Source: Lachnospiraceae bacterium (lineage in GTDB: Bacteria > Bacillota > Clostridia > Lachnospirales > Lachnospiraceae). Taken from it: a stretch of DNA of 64,000 nt. Under the pieces are notes generated by a model. It did no database searches and was not told where the DNA came from. It saw only the letters and a program-made list of their open reading frames with translations. A program made the translations under genes and the position numbers. Below, in pieces: positions 7,902-18,000 of this stretch (position 1 is the first letter of the stretch; each line of letters opens with the position of its first letter). The DNA is taken from assembly GCA_045627305.1 (NCBI GenBank), contig JAZQNM010000037.1, positions 16,962 through 80,961 of the forward strand, written 5' to 3'.

Positions 7902-10424
7902 ATGAAAATCAGTTTTTCCACACTGGGATGTCCCGATTATTCTTGGACCGATATTTATACCATGGCTAAAGACCTTGGTTATCATGGCATTGAGATTCGT
8001 GGACTTGGAGAGAAAATCAGTGCATATAAGGCTAAGCCTTTTGCGGATGAGAACATTGATGCGACAGCAGCCAAACTGCGTGAAATCGGTCTTGAGATTT
8101 CCTGCTTTTCATCCGGATGCCCTTTGAAGTATGCGGATCGTCTTGAACGTTCCATAGAAGAACTTACTGCCTATGCGAAATTGGCAAATAAGCTTGGAAC
8201 CTGTTATATTCGTATTCTTGCGGACGAGAATCCTAAGCCCGAGGGCGATGTTTCGGACGAACAGATTATTGCCGCATTAAAGAGACTTGAACCTGTTGCC
8301 GAAGAATACAATGTTACGATGTGCGTGGAAACAAACGGAGTATATTCCGATACCAAACGTTTGAGAAAGGTTTTGGATGCAGTTGGGAACCGTAAGATTG
8401 CTGCGCTTTGGGATATTCATCATCCTTATCGTAACTGTGGCGAAACTCCGGAAGAAACCGTTTCCAATCTCGGAGAATATATCAAATATGTTCATGTTAA
8501 GGATTCTCTTGTTAAGGATGGGATGGTTTCCTATCAGATGATGGGATATGGAGATATGCCGATTAAAGAGGCTTTTGCTGCTCTTGAGAGCATACATTAT
8601 ACCGGATATGTTTCTCTTGAGTGGGTAAAACGCTGGAGCCGTGAACTTGCGGATGCATGGGTAGTATTCCCGCAGTTTGCCAATTATATGGCTCCTTATA
8701 AGACAAAGCATAAGAATCCGTTGCAAACTGACCAGAGAGGAACGGGAAATTACATCTGGCCGAAGAATCATTTGATTCCTTATACATTCCCGGATATTTT
8801 GGACCGTATCTGCGAGGTATTTCCGACACAGTATGCTTTCCGTTATACCGAACTGGATTATACAAGAACCTATCCGGAATTTCGTGATGATGTCGACAAT
8901 TTTGCACGTGCGCTGATTGCACTTGGCGTGAATAAGGGTGACCATGTGGCAATCTGGGCTACCAATATTCCCGCGTGGTATATTACCTTCTGGGCTACGA
9001 CGAAGATTGGTGCCGTTTTAGTTACGGTTAATACTGCGTATAAGATTCATGAGATTGAGTATCTGCTCCGTCAGTCCGATACCCATACGCTCGTTATGAT
9101 TGACCAGTATAAGGACAGCAATTATGTGGAGATTATGAAAGAAATCTGTCCGGAACTGGAAACCTGTGAGCCCGGTAAATTGAATGCACAGCGTCTTCCT
9201 TTCTTAAAGAATATCATAAATGTTGAAAGCAAACAGAATGGATGTTTTACATGGGATGAGGCTATTGAACTCGGGACTTCCGTTCCTGTAACTGAAGTTG
9301 AGAACCGTCGTAAGCTTGTTGATAAGGATGATGTATGCAATATGCAGTATACCTCCGGAACCACAGGTTTTCCGAAGGGTGTTATGCTCACACATTACAA
9401 TGTAGTCAATAACGGAAAGGCAATCGGAGACTGTATGGACCTTTCAACCGCAGATCGTATGATGATTCAGGTTCCGATGTTCCATTGTTTTGGTATGGTA
9501 CTTGCGATGACCGCTTCCATGACGCATGGTGTTACGATGAGCCCAATTCCTGCATTTTCCCCGAGAAAAGGCTTGAAGTGCATCAATCAGGAGAAGATTA
9601 CATGTTTCCATGGTGTTCCGACTATGTTTATCGCAATGCTGGGACACGAGGATTTCGATAAGACAGATTTCTCCCATATGCGTACCGGTATTATGGCGGG
9701 AAGTCCTTGCCCGATAAAGGCTATGCAGGATGTTATTGAGAAAATGCATATGCCGGAGATTTGTATTACATATGGTCAGACTGAGGCTTCACCTGCAACT
9801 ACAATGAGTAAGACAACCGATTCCATCGAAACACGTGTCAATACGGTTGGTGGTCCCATTTACGGTGTGGATTGTAAGATTGTCGATCCTGAGACAGGAG
9901 CTGATCTTCCGGACAATGTAGATGGTGAATTTGTTGCACGTGGCTACAATATTATGAAGGGCTATTATAAGATGCCTGAGGCTACTGCTGCAGCAATTGA
10001 CGAGAAGGGGTGGCTGCATACCGGAGATTTGGCACGCAGACTTCCGGACGGTAATTTCAAGATTACAGGTCGAATCAAGGATATGATTATTCGCGGAGGC
10101 GAGAATATTTACCCTAAGGAAATAGAAGACTTCCTGTATTCCTATCCGAAGGTAAATGATGTACAGGTTATCGGTGTGCCGGATAAGGATTACGGCGAGG
10201 AGATAATGGCTTGCATCATATTGAAACAAGGCGAAGAGGCCACAGAGGATGAAATAAAGCAGTATGTACGTGATCACATGGCTAAGCATAAGGTGCCGAG
10301 ATATGTTGATTTTGTTGATTCATTCCCGATGAATGCTGCCGGAAAGATTCTGAAATACAAGATGCGTGAAGAGGCTGTGGAGCGTCATAGTCTTCAGCAG
10401 GCTAATAGGATTGAAACTGCCTGA
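7902..10424 (+). CDS. Fusion protein: xylose-isomerase-like TIM barrel (N) plus AMP-dependent acyl-CoA synthetase/ligase (C)
   Basis: Residues ~1-275 (MKISFSTLGCPDY..GYHGIEIRG..VHVKD..SLEW) look like a sugar-phosphate isomerase/epimerase TIM barrel. Residues ~330-840 carry AMP-binding motifs (YTSGTTGFPKGVMLTH, GYGQTE-like ITYGQTE, GWLHTGD, RIKDMIIRGGENIYP, GKILK). The ATG at 7902 follows GGAGGA. Confidence 0.85.
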   Translation: MKISFSTLGCPDYSWTDIYTMAKDLGYHGIEIRGLGEKISAYKAKPFADENIDATAAKLREIGLEISCFSSGCPLKYADRLERSIEELTAYAKLANKLGTCYIRILADENPKPEGDVSDEQIIAALKRLEPVAEEYNVTMCVETNGVYSDTKRLRKVLDAVGNRKIAALWDIHHPYRNCGETPEETVSNLGEYIKYVHVKDSLVKDGMVSYQMMGYGDMPIKEAFAALESIHYTGYVSLEWVKRWSRELADAWVVFPQFANYMAPYKTKHKNPLQTDQRGTGNYIWPKNHLIPYTFPDILDRICEVFPTQYAFRYTELDYTRTYPEFRDDVDNFARALIALGVNKGDHVAIWATNIPAWYITFWATTKIGAVLVTVNTAYKIHEIEYLLRQSDTHTLVMIDQYKDSNYVEIMKEICPELETCEPGKLNAQRLPFLKNIINVESKQNGCFTWDEAIELGTSVPVTEVENRRKLVDKDDVCNMQYTSGTTGFPKGVMLTHYNVVNNGKAIGDCMDLSTADRMMIQVPMFHCFGMVLAMTASMTHGVTMSPIPAFSPRKGLKCINQEKITCFHGVPTMFIAMLGHEDFDKTDFSHMRTGIMAGSPCPIKAMQDVIEKMHMPEICITYGQTEASPATTMSKTTDSIETRVNTVGGPIYGVDCKIVDPETGADLPDNVDGEFVARGYNIMKGYYKMPEATAAAIDEKGWLHTGDLARRLPDGNFKITGRIKDMIIRGGENIYPKEIEDFLYSYPKVNDVQVIGVPDKDYGEEIMACIILKQGEEATEDEIKQYVRDHMAKHKVPRYVDFVDSFPMNAAGKILKYKMREEAVERHSLQQANRIETA

Positions 10425-10502
10425 TTGCGTCCAATTTAATGTTGACAATTCGGGTTATCTGTTGTAATATATGAAAGCGGTTGTGAAAACCGCAACATAT
10501 AT

Positions 10503-10575
10503 AGGGGTATAGTTCAGCTGGTAGAATAACGGTCTCCAAAACCGCAGGTCGTGGGTTCGAATCCTACTGCCCCTG
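10503..10575 (+). tRNA. trnW: tRNA-Trp (CCA anticodon)
   Basis: Cloverleaf by eye: acceptor AGGGGTA/TGCCCCT, anticodon loop CU-CCA-AA, T-arm GTGGG-TTCGAAT-CCTAC, discriminator G. 3' CCA is not encoded. Confidence 0.9.
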
Positions 10576-10587
10576 GCATTATAAATG

Positions 10588-10621
10588 CACTTCCGTCTAC
10601 CGATGGGAGTGTATTTTTTTG
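10588..10621 (+). terminator. Intrinsic terminator after tRNA-Trp
   Basis: CACTTCC...GGGAGTG stem followed by a T-run. Confidence 0.75.
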
Positions 10622-10741
10622 TAAACAAATCTGATTTTGCCATTAATCAGTGAACAGATTGTGTAATATGTTGTTATTTGAAAAGAAAAATGATATAATG
10701 TTGCTGTTGATTTGATGTCAACGAAAAGGAGACTTATTGTG

Positions 10742-11935
10742 ATGAAGAGAAGTAGAAATCGTTTTGTAAGTAATTTCATGTTATTAGTTTTGATTGTATT
10801 TTCCGCTTGTGCATTTGTTGCTTGTGGCAAAGACAAGAAGAATACAACGAAAGGAGATATTTCTAATACGCAGGCGGCAACCACGTCACCTACGACAACT
10901 CCTACGGCTGTTACAACACCCGATACGACACCGGATGTGACACCTACCGTAGATTCAACACCTACCCCTACACCGGTTTCTCATGAAGGTATGGTACGCA
11001 GTTCCTTAACCAATGAGTGGATTTCGGAAGAAATCGCTAATCAACGTCCGATTGCCGTTATGATGAATAATCTTGGCGGTCCGAATCCCAAAAACAGCGG
11101 TACACCGCAGTCCGGTATCAGTGCTGCCGGAGTTGTTTATGAATGTAAGGTTGAAGGTAATATTACCAGATTACTTTCTATTATTGAGGATTGGGAAGAC
11201 CTTCCCAAAATCGGTTCCGTTCGTAGTGTTAGAAAATATTATGTTTTCTGGGCTTTGGAATGGGATTCCATTTTGATGCATTACGGCGGTCCCGTTATTT
11301 ATGTACAGGATACCTTGAACCGTAAGGATGTAGATAATTTGGACGGTCAGGTTTTAGAGGGAAAAGCATATTACCGTATTTCAGAACGTGTTGCTCCGCA
11401 TAATGCATACGGCTCCGGTGAAGGTGTACTTAAAGGACTGGAAATCAAGAAATACTCCAGAACGCATACAGATCGTTATGCCGGACCTGATCATTTCAAG
11501 TTTGCTTCCGATGATGCACCTACCGTTCTTTCCAGTGGCATTGATGCAAGAATTGTTCGTCCGGGATATGAGGAGAACAAGCCTTGGTTTGAATACAATG
11601 CAGACGAGGATTTGTATTATCGTTACCAGTATGGTAAGGAGCAGATAGATGATACGAATAATGAGCATCTTTCCTGCAAGAATATTATCATCCAGTTTGC
11701 ACAGTCCAGTTCTTATGAGGACGGTTATAAGCAGTTTACCACTAACGACAGCGGTAAGGGCGGATACTTCATTACAGGTGGTAAGGCTGTGCCGATTACA
11801 TGGAAGAAGGAAAGTGATTACGCACCGACCAAGTTCTATTATGAGAACGGTGAGGAGATTCAATTGAATACCGGCAAAACCTGGATTTGTGTTGTAAGAC
11901 TTCAGGATAAGAATTCGGTTAAGATTGAGAAATAA
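10742..11935 (+). CDS. DUF3048 (YerB-like) lipoprotein with Thr/Pro-rich linker
   Basis: Signal peptide plus lipobox FVACG, TTSPTTTPTAVTTPDTTPDVTPT linker, and a DUF3048-like core (RPIAVMMNN, AAGVVYECKVEGNITRLLSI). Confidence 0.7.
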   Translation: MKRSRNRFVSNFMLLVLIVFSACAFVACGKDKKNTTKGDISNTQAATTSPTTTPTAVTTPDTTPDVTPTVDSTPTPTPVSHEGMVRSSLTNEWISEEIANQRPIAVMMNNLGGPNPKNSGTPQSGISAAGVVYECKVEGNITRLLSIIEDWEDLPKIGSVRSVRKYYVFWALEWDSILMHYGGPVIYVQDTLNRKDVDNLDGQVLEGKAYYRISERVAPHNAYGSGEGVLKGLEIKKYSRTHTDRYAGPDHFKFASDDAPTVLSSGIDARIVRPGYEENKPWFEYNADEDLYYRYQYGKEQIDDTNNEHLSCKNIIIQFAQSSSYEDGYKQFTTNDSGKGGYFITGGKAVPITWKKESDYAPTKFYYENGEEIQLNTGKTWICVVRLQDKNSVKIEK

Positions 11936-11963
11936 TATTTTTATGTTTAACAAGGAGGAAGCT

Positions 11964-12323
11964 ATGAAGGAAACAGTGGTTCAAGAACCTGTGAATGATT
12001 CGGTTAAAGAAGCTCAGTTGGCACATGATATGGCAATGGCGGCTGCAGAGAATGAAAATAGGGCTGTTGACGAATCTTTGCAGTTGATTCGCGAAGTATC
12101 CGAAGCAATGCCTGAGAATAATCATAGTACTTCAGTTGAGCGTACGACCGGTGACAATGTATTTCGTGGTATGCTTATCGGCGGGCTCCTTGTTGCCGGC
12201 TTGATTATGATCATCATTGCTTTATTATCCGAGGATAATAAGGATTTAATCATTGGTGGCGTTTTATTTTCCGGCTTTGGCTTGCTTTTGGAATGGCTGT
12301 CGCAAGCCATAAAGAAGGATTAG
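11964..12323 (+). CDS. Hypothetical small membrane protein
   Basis: ATG after AAGGAGG. Acidic N-terminus followed by two predicted TM helices (MLIGGLLVAGLIMIIIALL, IIGGVLFSGFGLLLEWL). Confidence 0.55.
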   Translation: MKETVVQEPVNDSVKEAQLAHDMAMAAAENENRAVDESLQLIREVSEAMPENNHSTSVERTTGDNVFRGMLIGGLLVAGLIMIIIALLSEDNKDLIIGGVLFSGFGLLLEWLSQAIKKD

Positions 12324-12343
12324 TGTTTTGAGGAAGTTAGTTT

Positions 12344-13324
12344 ATGAAGTCTGAGTTTAGTGACCTCGTTAATCTTTTAAAGGGTCATACAGTTTATGTG
12401 CAGATGCATGATTTTCCGGACCCGGATGCCATTGCATCGGCATGTGGTTTACAGGCTCTTTTAAAGTGGAAGGGTATTGATTCAACGATTGTGTATTTTG
12501 GATTGATCGATAAAATCAATACCAAAACCATTGTGAATATGATGGACATCCGTCTGTACTCGATTGATGAGATACGGGACAGTATGGTAAGCGATTATGT
12601 TGTTACGATAGACGGACAGAAAGGAAACTCCAATTTCTCCGATCTGATCGGAGAGGAAGTGGCTTGTATTGACCATCATCCGTTAACTTCCAAATATCGT
12701 TATTGTTTTATGAAGCATCAGATAACCGGGGCGTGTTCAACCATCATTACGAAGTGGATTATGGAGGAGCATATGCCTCTTTCCGAGCAGATTGCAACAC
12801 TTCTTTTGTATGGTATCAAGATGGATACGCGCAATTTTATGACCGGATTTACCAATGATGACATTGAGGCATTTGCATTTCTAAATGACTATGCTGACAA
12901 CAGTCTGATTTATCAGCTTGATAACAGTGTTTTGGAGCTTTCGGATTTGCGTGCATATTCTGCAGCAATTGAGAATATAACGATATACAATGAGGTGGGT
13001 TTTTCCTATATTCCGTTTGAATGTTCGGATGGTCTGCTTGCTTCTGTAACGGAATTCATTCTTTCTCTTGCATCCGTGAATGTTTCAATTGTATATGCAT
13101 ATCGAAGCGAAGGATTGAAGTTTTCGGTGCGTTCAGAGCTGCCCTCCATAGATTGCGGAAATCTGATACAGATAGCTTTGAAGGGCATAGGAAGCGGCGG
13201 CGGTCATTATTCCATGGCCGGTGGATTTGTTCCGTATGATTCTCTTGAACAGATTGAAGACGATAAGCTGAGAAACCGGTATCTTCAGGAAAGCTTCATA
13301 ATAGCACTGGAGAAGAAAAATTAG
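12344..13324 (+). CDS. DHH-family phosphoesterase (NrnA-like)
   Basis: DHH motifs DFPDPDAIAS, VTIDG, CIDHHP, GIKMDT, and the DHHA1 motif GGGHYSMAGG. Confidence 0.8.
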   Translation: MKSEFSDLVNLLKGHTVYVQMHDFPDPDAIASACGLQALLKWKGIDSTIVYFGLIDKINTKTIVNMMDIRLYSIDEIRDSMVSDYVVTIDGQKGNSNFSDLIGEEVACIDHHPLTSKYRYCFMKHQITGACSTIITKWIMEEHMPLSEQIATLLLYGIKMDTRNFMTGFTNDDIEAFAFLNDYADNSLIYQLDNSVLELSDLRAYSAAIENITIYNEVGFSYIPFECSDGLLASVTEFILSLASVNVSIVYAYRSEGLKFSVRSELPSIDCGNLIQIALKGIGSGGGHYSMAGGFVPYDSLEQIEDDKLRNRYLQESFIIALEKKN

Positions 13325-13343
13325 GTCTCCATAAGGAGTTACA

Positions 13344-14477
13344 ATGTACAGATTATTACATACTGACGGAAATGCAAAACGCGGTGAACTTGTTACGGTT
13401 CACGGTACGGTTCAGACACCGGTTTTTATGAATGTCGGTACGGTTGCCGCTATCAAAGGAGCCGTATCTTCAATCGACCTTAAGGGAATCGGTACGCAGA
13501 TTGAGCTTTGCAATACCTATCATCTGCATGTGCGTCCGGGAGATGAACTGGTTGCTCAGATGGGAGGATTAAATCCTTTTATGAGTTGGAACGGGCCGAC
13601 ACTTACGGATTCGGGCGGCTTCCAGGTTTTCTCACTTGCCAAGCTTCGTAAGATTAAAGAAGAGGGCGTTACCTTTCATTCTCATGTGGATGGCAGGATT
13701 ATTTTTATGGGACCGGAGCAGAGTATGCAGATTCAATCGCATCTGGCATCCACAATTGCCATGGCATTTGACGAATGTCCCTCCAGTGTTGCCGAAAAAT
13801 CCTACATACAACAGTCTGTCGACCGTACGACAAGATGGCTGAACCGCTGCAAAGCGGAGATGACCAGACTGAACGGACTTCCGGAAACCATTAATAAGCA
13901 GCAGATGCTTTTCGGCATCAATCAGGGCGGAATTTATGAGGATATCCGTATTGAACACGCCAAGCAGATTCGGGAACTAGATCTTGATGGATATGCGATT
14001 GGCGGTCTGGCTGTCGGAGAGAGCCATGAGGATATGTATCGGATTCTCGATTGTACGGTTCCTTATCTTCCAAAGGACAGACCGGTATATCTGATGGGTG
14101 TCGGTACACCTGCCAATATTCTGGAAGGCGTAGAACGCGGTGTGGATTTCTTCGACTGTGTATATCCGTCCCGAAATGGAAGGCATGGACACGCGTATAC
14201 CAATCACGGTAAGATTAATCTTCGGAATGAAAAATACAAAACGGATGACCGACCGATTGAGATTGGGTGTGACTGTCCCGCATGCAGGAATCATTCCAGA
14301 GCATACATCAGACATTTACTTGTATCAGGGGAAATGCTCGGACTTCGTTTAATGGTCTTGCATAATTTGCGTTTTTATAATAGAATGATGGAAGAAATTC
14401 GGGAAGCCATTGAGCAGGACCGTTTTCAAGAATATAAAAAGATGCGACTCGAAGGCTTTGCCGCCGGTGAAGAGTAG
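13344..14477 (+). CDS. tgt: tRNA-guanosine(34) transglycosylase (queuine tRNA-ribosyltransferase)
   Basis: Full-length Tgt pattern: TPVFMNVGT, LTDSGGFQV, GINQGG, GYAIGGLAVGE, LMGVG, and zinc site CDCPAC..H. Confidence 0.93.
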   Translation: MYRLLHTDGNAKRGELVTVHGTVQTPVFMNVGTVAAIKGAVSSIDLKGIGTQIELCNTYHLHVRPGDELVAQMGGLNPFMSWNGPTLTDSGGFQVFSLAKLRKIKEEGVTFHSHVDGRIIFMGPEQSMQIQSHLASTIAMAFDECPSSVAEKSYIQQSVDRTTRWLNRCKAEMTRLNGLPETINKQQMLFGINQGGIYEDIRIEHAKQIRELDLDGYAIGGLAVGESHEDMYRILDCTVPYLPKDRPVYLMGVGTPANILEGVERGVDFFDCVYPSRNGRHGHAYTNHGKINLRNEKYKTDDRPIEIGCDCPACRNHSRAYIRHLLVSGEMLGLRLMVLHNLRFYNRMMEEIREAIEQDRFQEYKKMRLEGFAAGEE

Positions 14478-14498
14478 TATAATGAAAGGAGTTTTCAA

Positions 14499-14837
14499 AT
14501 GGCATTTTTGAATTTTTGTACAGAAACTGCCGCAGAAGCAGGACAGGGTGGAGGTTGGATTTCGATTATAATCTATGTAGCTTTCTTTGCCATTCTGATT
14601 GGTTTCTTTTACTTTTCTGCAATTCGTCCGCAAAAGAAGGAAGAAGCTAAGCGTAAGGCTTTACTTGAAACCATTGCGGTAGGCGACAGTGTTGTAACGA
14701 CTGCAGGATTTTATGGCGTTGTTATCAATATGATTGATGATCAGGGTATTGTTGTAGTAGAGTTTGGTAATAACCGTAACTGCCGTATCCCGATGAAGAA
14801 ATCTGCAATTGTTGAAGTTGAAAAAGCCGTTATTTAA
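14499..14837 (+). CDS. yajC: Preprotein translocase subunit YajC
   Basis: Single TM helix then RPQKK..L..L..GD.V.T.GG..G motif. Position after tgt is conserved. Confidence 0.85.
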   Translation: MAFLNFCTETAAEAGQGGGWISIIIYVAFFAILIGFFYFSAIRPQKKEEAKRKALLETIAVGDSVVTTAGFYGVVINMIDDQGIVVVEFGNNRNCRIPMKKSAIVEVEKAVI

Positions 14838-14870
14838 GTTTTTTACAAGATTTTGCATAGTATTTAATAT

Positions 14871-14908
14871 AAGCAGGTCAATCGGTTTCGGTTGACCTGC
14901 TTTATTTT
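14871..14908 (+). terminator. Intrinsic terminator after yajC
   Basis: AAGCAGGTCAA...TTGACCTGCTT 11-bp stem then a T-rich tail. Confidence 0.8.
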
Positions 14909-15044
14909 ATATAGTATTAAGAAATAGAAAACTCAAATTTCCTTGAGATTATTCATAATTCAATTTGCACATTTCCCATACTTGACCGAATATAAGAAAA
15001 AATATATAATATTTACATTCAAAATTTTGCTTTGGGAGGGCATT

Positions 15045-18000
15045 ATGCGAAAGAGATTATCATTGTTGTTTGTTGCTTTTCTGACATGTTTATTCTTAAT
15101 GACCGTCAAAAGTTTGGCAGGAGAAGTACCGGATTTTGAGATTGATGAAAACGGTGTTCTTGTATCCTATAACGGAAATGCTGAAAATGTTGTAATTCCT
15201 GATAATGTATGCCGTATCGGAGATCGCGCATTTATCGATAAGAGAATAAAGTCCGTAGTGATGGGAAGCAATGTGAAGGAAATTGGCGAAGAGGCCTTTT
15301 TGTATTGCGTTGATCTACTTTATGTAACTGCTCCCGGAATCGTTGCGATTGAAGATAAAGCCTTCTATGAGTGCTGGAAAATGGTATCGTTTGACTTGCC
15401 GGATACCGTGGCCCACATTGGATCCTATGCATTCTATCATTGTCAGAACCTGAGACTTGATTCCGACTCTTTGCCGGTGGCTTTGGTTACGATTGGAGAC
15501 TCTGCTTTTAATGATTGTCCATTTACTAAGGTAATTCTCCATGAGAATGTTCAATCTATCGGTATCAATCCGTTTGAGGATTGCGATAACGTTATATTCG
15601 AAGTATCTTCTGAGAATAGTAGGTATGCTGATTGGGGGAATGCATTGGTTGATTCGGTTAGTAAAACACTCATTTCGGCATCTTTAAGAACAAGTATTAA
15701 TTCTGAATTGACAACAATAGGTGCCCATGCATTTGCGAATCTTCCAATCAGTTCGGTTGAGATTCCTTCTAACATTACTATGGTTCAGGAAGGTGCTTTT
15801 TATCAATGTCTCGATTTGACAACAGTCACCTGGCCGCATAATTGTCAGGAGATTCCCAAGGAAGCATTTTATAATTGCCGCAAACTGAACAGTATCGTCT
15901 TTACACAGGGATATGCAATTACAAAGATTGGTGAACGCGCATTTCTTAATTGTTTAGAGTTGGAATCGTTTGTATTCTGTGAATGCACCGCATCCGTTGA
16001 TGATTATGCATTTAGTGGTTCAGGATTGACGGAAATTGATGTCTACAGTACAACGGTTACTTTGGGAAATGAGGTATTCTTGGGTGCCCCGGCAGAGATG
16101 ATTATGTACGGATACCTGGATTCTACGGCAGAACAGTATGCAAAGAAAACTAAGATCTTCTTTGTTCCTTTTGATGAGGAGGATGTATTCGTTATTCAGG
16201 ACGGTATTCTGGTTGATTATATCGGTATGGGCGGAAACATTGTGATTCCGGAAGGTGTATCGGCAATTGCTGTCGATGCTTTTCAAGGACGCAGTGACAT
16301 AACCGGCGTACTCCTGCCGAACTCCCTTACCGAACTGTATCCGGAGGCTTTTGCTCCATGCACGCTTGATATGATAAAAGTAAAATCGAACAATCCGTAT
16401 TTTTATTCTCCGTGTGATGAATACGGAATAACAGGTCTTTATGCCCGACATGGTATATATAGCAAAGAAGGAAATATTCTTCTTCGTGGAACCAATGACG
16501 GAATAGTATTATATGAGGCAAATGGAATTGCTTCGTATGCATTTTCCGGAAGCAATTTTGAACAAATTACAATCAATACGGAGAATTCGATTTCGATTGG
16601 AGCCAATGCTTTTGAAGGTTGTGAGAAACTTACTCTGATTTTGACGGCGGATAAGATTTCCGGCATACAGGCGAACGCATTTAGCGGTATTCCGGATTAT
16701 GCGGCATTTGTCGGAAGCCCCGGTACTGTTGCTGAGACATATGCCAAGAATAACGGATACCGTTTTGTTGAACTTCAGGCAGATGAATTATTCAGTTATG
16801 AGATTCAGGTTGATGAATATGATGTTACATTAGTGAAATTATACGGATATACTGATTGTATTGTAATTCCAAACGGTATTACGCGAATTGCAACGGATGC
16901 TTTAGTTGAGGATATCTCTTTTGATACTTCGATTAAAGAGATTGTCCTTCCCGAAACGATTCATGTCCTGGAAGACAATGCATTTATAGATTGTAAAGAT
17001 TTAGTAAAGATTAACGTCCCAAGCAGTGTTACCGTTATAAAGGGAAATCCTTTCTTAACTATATCTAAATCTCAACTTGTTCTTTATGTAGACGAGGATT
17101 CCATAGCAGAGGAGTTTGCCATTGCAAATGGATATCAATATGAGTATGTGACACATACAGATTACTTTCCTTTGTTAGGTAATAAGATGTCTTTGTCACA
17201 GAACATTACGCTCACATATGTGTTTGATCCGGAATATCTTACGCATGCCAAGGTGACATCAAATCACATTAAGGCAAGGATTGTTTTGGAAGATGGAACA
17301 ATCCTCGATAATCAGGAACTTACTACAATATTGTATGACGGAACGACCCGAGCAGAAGCAGTTCAATGTCAGATACCCGCTAAGGAAATGAATGACAGCT
17401 TTACGATTCAGCTCTACAATTCGGAAACCTATCACGCACTCAGTAAACCGTATTCGTACAGTGTTGCGGAGTATTGCAACAAATATAAAACGCTTTATGA
17501 AGCCGGGTTGCAATCTGGAGAACCGTTTGGTTCAGAAAATGAGCTTGAACTGGTGGATGTTCTTATGAATTACGGAAAGTATGCGCAGATATTCTTTGAT
17601 TACAAAGCAGATGACATTCAGCCTGATGAAGAAGCATTATCTTCAGAATCAGAAGTACTGGTTGCTGTTACAGAACTGGATGAGACTTATGTGAGCGGGG
17701 ATATTCCGGAAGGATTGGTTAGAGTTGGTGTATCCCTTGTATTGGAATCCGAGATTGAATACCGGTGCTATTTCATGGTAACCGATGCAGATCTGGCAGA
17801 ACCGTATATGGATGAGTTAACACCCGCACAGAACGGATTATATTATGTATCGAAATATGTTCGTATTTGTGATTTGGGGGATAATCAGATTTTCGGGCTG
17901 AATGAATATAATTATGAGTTTTTCAGTACTCCGCTGTATTACATCAGACTTTGCCTGAATTCCTCCGAGGACCGGAATCTGAGAAAACTTTGCTGTGCTT

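Noticed and set aside
10621-10670. T-run followed by a ~38-nt hairpin (AATCTG...CAGATT) after the tRNA-Trp terminator, superficially like hairpin 1 of the repeat element.
   Set aside because: No GCTCCGCTAAGGA-type core or third hairpin follows, so it is not counted as a copy.
10455-10884. ORFs 10455-10643 (-) and 10597-10884 (-).
   Set aside because: The first overlaps tRNA-Trp and its terminator. The second is antisense to the promoter and 5' end of the DUF3048 lipoprotein gene. Neither shows coding signals.
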